A stretch of DNA of 63,795 nucleotides, counting the filler, from Choristocarpus tenellus KU-1152 (taxonomy: Eukaryota > Protista > Phaeophyceae): assembly GCA_964200185.2 (NCBI GenBank). It is 4 parts of 4 records of this genome, joined end to end, with 100 filler letters (N's around TTAATTAATTAA, not from the genome) between each part and the next. Parts side by side here need not be neighbours in the genome. Positions count along the whole stretch, not along the records: positions 42,406 to 63,795 come from CAXNAD020000349.1; 3 more parts are not named here. One strand, written 5' to 3'. Below the pieces are notes generated by a model, which was not told the DNA's origin, made no database searches, and saw only the letters and a list, made by a program, of their open reading frames with translations. Of this stretch, positions 58,330 through 63,795 are shown in pieces (the first letter of the stretch is position 1; each line of letters starts with the position of its first letter). The position numbers and the translations under genes are program-made.

Positions 58330-61300
58330 ATGGACGTGCACTTGGAGCGAGTGTCACCTTACAAGATAGCTATTGGCGTGCTCATCTATTTGTTTGTCGG
58401 GGGAGAAGTGAAAGACACCATCGATCCCTATGTTAGTCATCTCATTCAAAAATGTCCATTGACTTGATTGCTGCTTGCATGGATCAGGCTTCACCAGCAC
58501 CATCAACTCCCTTGGATACATCCATCATTCTTGCCTTGTTTCGTTCGTTTAACTCCTTCCCTCAGAATTGGCAAGTTTGGTGTATGCCACCAAATGATTA
58601 TCCCTCTATGCACCCATGTGGTCGTTAGGACGATAATCCTGGGGAGTCGCTTCAACTCAGCCCTCAGGACTTCCGATGTTTGGCATCTATAATCATAGAG
58701 GAAATGAAGAACGTGGAGCGAGCTGAGGAAAAAGATCTTGGTGAGTGCTTGATATCGAAACTCACTCTTAATCCTTGATGGGTCCGCATCGTCGCCATTT
58801 CCGTAGTACAATCAGCTATCACGCTTATAGACCCAACCTAGTAAAAAAACATAACCCTTCATCTTTCCTCCACAGGCAATGCCCATTCCTTTCACTACCA
58901 GTATTAGACAGGACACATAACTCAATCTCGGTTATATCCTTTAACGACAAGACATTGCTCCCTTCACGCATTGCCGTGCCCCTGCTTTCAACGATCGTGG
59001 CCTCGGCTTGGTGATATATCTTTCAGTGGTTCTGCTAGAGTCTATAATCGAATCTTTTAGGTCGAAAGATTCAGGGGAAGCAGTGGCAGACCTCTTATTT
59101 CGACGCCTGCACGTAGTCCAGTCTCCTGATGCATTGGTGGATCTAATGGATGAACTGTCAGCATTGCTGGATCCGGACTCTCCAGACCCACTTCTGGAGA
59201 ATGCTCCACATGGACGGGCAAGGTATTACCAGATGTTTGTCGTATTGAGCGGAGGAGGTACTCTTGTGTTGTTTACCGGATACATGCCAGTTGAGGGAGT
59301 ATGGGTTCGATAAGATTGCTTTGCTTAGGTTACGCATTGCAGACTACTCTTCAAATCACTATTAGAAGATATTATTGCCTCATATCTCGCAAGCCTTATG
59401 TTCGTCTCCTGGATGTCACCCTCTCCTCATCTAGGGCACTATCCCAAGTCTTTTTCCTCCCTCATGAGCCAGAGACAGGATGTAGTGGTAAATCAGGCAT
59501 TTATGTTGTGGATTGGTAGTGAAGCATAGGCAGCCAAGATTCGCAGGTTCCACATTAAGATGTTCTTGCCAAAACAAAGCTCTACAGTTCAGATAACACA
59601 AAAGAAATCCATATCACAATGTGTTAACCTTAACCCTGGGCTATTAATCCTGGTGCTGGCATGACCAATCCACCAGTGAATCCATGTAGACCACGACATG
59701 CGTTTGTGCTCACCAACCATTTTTTCCATCCACCTCATATCATACTTGCCCACAGCCAAAAGGTTTTGGTGCCTATGCATCCCTCTCCCCTGCCATAGCC
59801 AATGTGTTCCTCAGGACAAGTATTGTTCCTGTTTCATGTCTTGGGAAGGCGTGAATCTGACAGGCTCCCACCAACACCACTCACCCATTTTTATTACAAG
59901 GCCATCCCGACTTGAGCCAAACAGTGTGTTTGGCGCATTTCTCCGTCGGGTGCTCATCACCTGTGAAGGCGCCCCCTTTGGACGTGTTTCACTACTTTAC
60001 GACCACCTCCTACGCTACAAGGCTGGCTCTTCCTTGCCTAACCAGGAGGAAGATAGTGGTGAGAATCTAGCCATTGCCCCAGACCAAACCCGTTCCACCT
60101 ACCATGTTCAATACATCAAATAGAGGATCTCACCTATATGCGTATCAATTGAGGGAGACGTCAGAGCATGCTTGGCACGTCAAATATCTCATTGCTATGA
60201 ACTTTTATACCTCAATGAGTTGCAGATATGTACAAGTATGGTAGCTAACCTCTATATAGGGCACTCACTCTGCCTTGCCAGCATAAGTGTCCTAGTGCTG
60301 CCGCTAACCTACCAATTTACAGAGCACACATTGAAAAACACAACAGGGTCTTAGTGTGCCTAGGTAGTTGGCAATCTGTACCCTTGACAATCACAGTCAC
60401 AAATTTGACCACCGAGCAAAAAGGTCATGATTGCTGTGTTACTCAATTGTTTACTACTGCTCAGCCCTCTTTGCCCCAGTTCCACCCACATTAAACTTAA
60501 AGTAATATTTTGTATCCAGGAGGAGTCGTCTGTTGGTTTGAACCTGCGTTCAGTGTTTTCAACTCTTCCTTTTGCATGAGCCCAACCCTTTTAGTCAGAA
60601 TCTGACAGGGTTGTCTGTACGTGTCACTATATCTGCTCGCAGCCAATGTACAAAGTTTTGTAGTGAGGATGCAGGCGATGGCAATGGAAATTTTGATTGG
60701 GTGTAACTGGGATGCTATCACGTAGAAGGGTTGCGTAGTTGTATTAGTAATAAAACGTGTATCCGCAGGTCTTGACCTAGGTTTAGAGCTGATTGAGTGA
60801 GCAGGTTGACCCACTGTGCGATGTTGACTCCTCTTGATCATGGTCACACACACCATGCACTATGCTCAGAGGAGGGAGGCAGGCACACCCTCACCTGGGA
60901 TTAATTGTACTCAGGTTATGGACCAAGGGGGAAAGGGGACAATTTGGCCTTTTTTTTAACTGTTCATCCATTGCAAACCCTAACTCTAACATTTTTTTAA
61001 AGATCATCCCTCTCACCCACCCAAATGGATTGGATGTGTTAGGGTTAGGGTGATCCACTGGCTACACTTGTAGGAAGGTACTTGGGCATCAGACTGCCTA
61101 GGTGGTATACCAATACCTCTACATACATCTATATATATATATATATATATTTGACACTGGGATGTCTGCTCCGAAGACGTTTGGGTGGTATAATAGCAAC
61201 TAGACGTCAAGCGGAAATTCAAAAATCAGAACATTTGGAGCGATTCATGATTGGCAGGAGGGGGGGGGGGGCGGTGCTATTTGATCACCAACTGACATTT

Positions 61301-62015
61301 TTGCACATTTTTTGCAGATAGCTTAGAACAGTATGAAATGTGGAAGCCGTCGAGGTCATTTTGAAAAACAGTGACTGTTTTTCAAAATGTTTTAATGGAC
61401 GATTTTGTAGATGCTATCGGTATATACAAAAATAAAAATAACAACAAACACACCCTTGCCCCTTCCCATGTCCCCGCTGTTACATCTGTTACGTCTGTTC
61501 TCGTATTTTTTCTTCTGAGCACACTCTCTAATGTTTTTATTTTTGTCTAGATTCAAGCGGTTCCCTTTTTCACCTGCTTTAACAGGTGCCTTGCCCTTCT
61601 CCTTTTCTTCCCTCTTTCCCTCCTGCGTTGCTCTTCCACCTTCACCTCCCTCTGTTCTTGGGTCACCTTCACCCCGACTGCAGCAAGATCCGTACACTAC
61701 CCCATGGAAGAGATTGTCTCACCAACAATTCCACGCCATGGACCGGCTTCTGCAAACAATGGCAAGGAGGTGACCTCGTTTGTGGAACAAATGGCGCTCG
61801 AGGAAGCACTGGGGGGACTGAATCGATCGGGTACACGGCAAGCACCGGGGGGGTGGGGGAGGAAGGCGACAACCAGCATAGGGTTTGGTAATAGGCGGGA
61901 GGCATCTGCTGTGTCGGCGTGGCAGATGCAGATGCAGCTGCAGGGGCGTGTTCTGGACATGGAGAAGGGTCTCAGCAGTCAGTTACCTTACGAGTGCATT
62001 GAGAAAGAAGTGCAG
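58330..62015 (+). CDS. APC5: Anaphase-promoting complex subunit 5, N-terminal part (continues beyond the window)
   Basis: MDVHLERVSPYKIAIGVLIYLF (TPxKI-like start), exon 59061-59222 VQSPDALVDLMDEL, and exon from 59901 PNSVFGAFLRRVLITCEGAPFGRVSLLYDHLLRY (APC5 N-terminal SxxGxFxRR motif). A further exon ends at 62015. Confidence 0.75.
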
Positions 62016-63752
62016 GTGAAGATCTTTCTTGTGGATGGTGGAAATCGTGATTTTGGTGTGGCATCGGCACTCACCTTTGATTGGTCGAATTGGAAAGGAG
62101 GGGTTTGTCTATTTAGAAATGGTGGGGGGAGAAAGAGCTTCAAGTGGTAATACCCAGCATCTTTTCAAGCATCTTTTCAAAGGCATTTGAAGGGTAAGCT
62201 GTAAGTACAAGCGATGTATCTCATTATGGTGTACAATTTTTTGTTGTTTTTTGGGCGGGGTCTGGCAAAAACCTGTCATGAGGTTACCTTAAAATCTCGG
62301 CAAGATTCGACTTAATCCACCTATTCTACCCCCCTCCCCCCCCTCCCAATTGCAAGTCGTAAGAACGCCTCCCCAAGATCGTGTATAAAAAAGCTGCTCC
62401 ACAAAATTGTTTGAACTTATGCTGAAAAGAAACATAGAGTAGAAACATAGAGTACCACGTAGTATAAGAAACATATGTATGTATGTATGTATATAAATCA
62501 ATTCAGATGGGGTTTTGTTGTACACATTTTGAAGGGTCAAGCTGAAGATCTTGTTGATGTCTGTTGTACTATTGTGTAAATGTGTGCATACATGTCTGTG
62601 GATCTTTCTTCTTTTGAGAGAGAGAGAGATTTGTATTCTACTTTTGCAGTTTAGAAGAATCGCTTGGGGGGGTGGGGAGTGTGGTAGCTGATATTTCTCA
62701 CCACCGGTAAAGTGCATCAGCCCAACACAATGATGTCACTGAAGTTTTATCTGTGTTGCCTAAATCAATTCCGTTATCTGCAACATGCACTATCGCTCTG
62801 ATGAATTGTGTGCATCTACACAAGAACTTGACCAGCTAATTATTCAAATCTGCTAAATAAATTCTGGATTTCCAGTATATGTTTATTTATTTAGAGATAA
62901 ACTACGAAGAAATTTTAATTTCTAGCAAATGTGGATTTTTTTTTAGTTAAAAAAAACAAACAGAATTGTAGCAGATGAGAGCGCGCATTTAAACATGGTG
63001 AGCAAGTGTTTGATTGGTCCAGCCGTACTGGTATTGTGATGTAGTTACTGTGACAGCGCTGAAATTTTTTGGATGTACAACCAGATTTTTTTTTTAATCT
63101 GACAAAAAAAATATTACAAAAAGTCCTTCTATTTTCTTGTTTTGTTCTCTTGTTTTTATTTTTGTATGGATAGAGAGTGGAAGTGTTGTTTTAAACTGCT
63201 TGACTGGGGAGGGACTGAGCTCTGCAGCAGAGAGTCAAGCATCCTGTGTCAGACCCGTGTCAGAGACCCTCTCTGCTGTTGGGCAGAAGGGGTGATTGAT
63301 TATGATGGACAGTGGTTCCGATTTGGACAGACTTGACTCTGAAGTGTGTGGCGATATTGTCCTAAAAGGCCTGTGCTTTTGGTTGTGTTTTTTCATCTTC
63401 TATTGGGGAAAGAAAGCTACTTATCTGTACAAAGGCAGTGTGGTATGAACTATGATCAACTCTGTCTAAGGTTTGTATTGTGTTGGTGTAATTTTGTTTT
63501 CTGATGTTTTCTGATGTTTCCTGATGGCAAGTACAAGCAGGGCAGTAGACAGGTATTCTGATCTCGTGGAACTTTTCCATCTCCTTCTTTGACCCTTTAT
63601 TGGAACTTTTTCATCTCTCTGAAGCAAAGTTAGTTCTTGCCCTCAACGTTTTGGTGCTGGAACCTCTCTATTTCTATACATATCCATATAATTATATAAT
63701 TATAAAATTCCATGTATGCCACTGACTCTCGATAGCCTCAAGAGGGGTTCTT

Positions 63753-63790
63753 CATGGTGTCTGTCATGGTGTCTGTCATGGTGTCTGTCA
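63753..63790. repeat. 12-bp tandem repeat (CATGGTGTCTGT) x3
   Basis: Seen directly. Confidence 0.9.
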
Positions 63791-63795
63791 AATGG

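Overview
Eukaryotic, intron-rich nuclear DNA, most likely a stramenopile and probably a brown alga. This is inferred from GT-AG introns, bipartite plastid-targeting presequences and dispersed TTAGGG tracts. The window is four contigs joined by artificial 100-bp spacers (44 N + TTAATTAATTAA + 44 N), so adjacency across the spacers is meaningless. Contig A (1-25994) holds the 3' end of a decayed Ty1/copia element, then one ~22-kb gene on the + strand. I could walk that gene through 26 consecutive phase-compatible exons (3605 nt, ~1200 codons) plus later exons. It encodes one polypeptide: signal peptide, animal-type (peroxidase-cyclooxygenase superfamily) heme peroxidase, heme-type DOMON, 5-TM cytochrome b561, cytochrome b5, and FAD/NAD(P)H reductase. 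This looks like a self-contained transmembrane electron wire feeding an extracellular peroxidase, functionally analogous to DUOX but built from different parts; it is the main finding. Its introns carry three copies of a ~250-bp MITE and a LINE remnant. Contig B (26095-35478) is mostly repeat-derived. Contig C (35579-42305) carries part of a Cys-rich multi-TM surface protein gene. Contig D (42406-63795) has a plastid DUF3082-like gene, an unknown gene, a short bacterial-type transposase fragment, a mitochondrial 2-oxodicarboxylate carrier, a plastid cyanobacterial-type protein, an intronless 535-aa ORF and the 5' part of APC5. All family assignments come from remembered motifs, not database searches.
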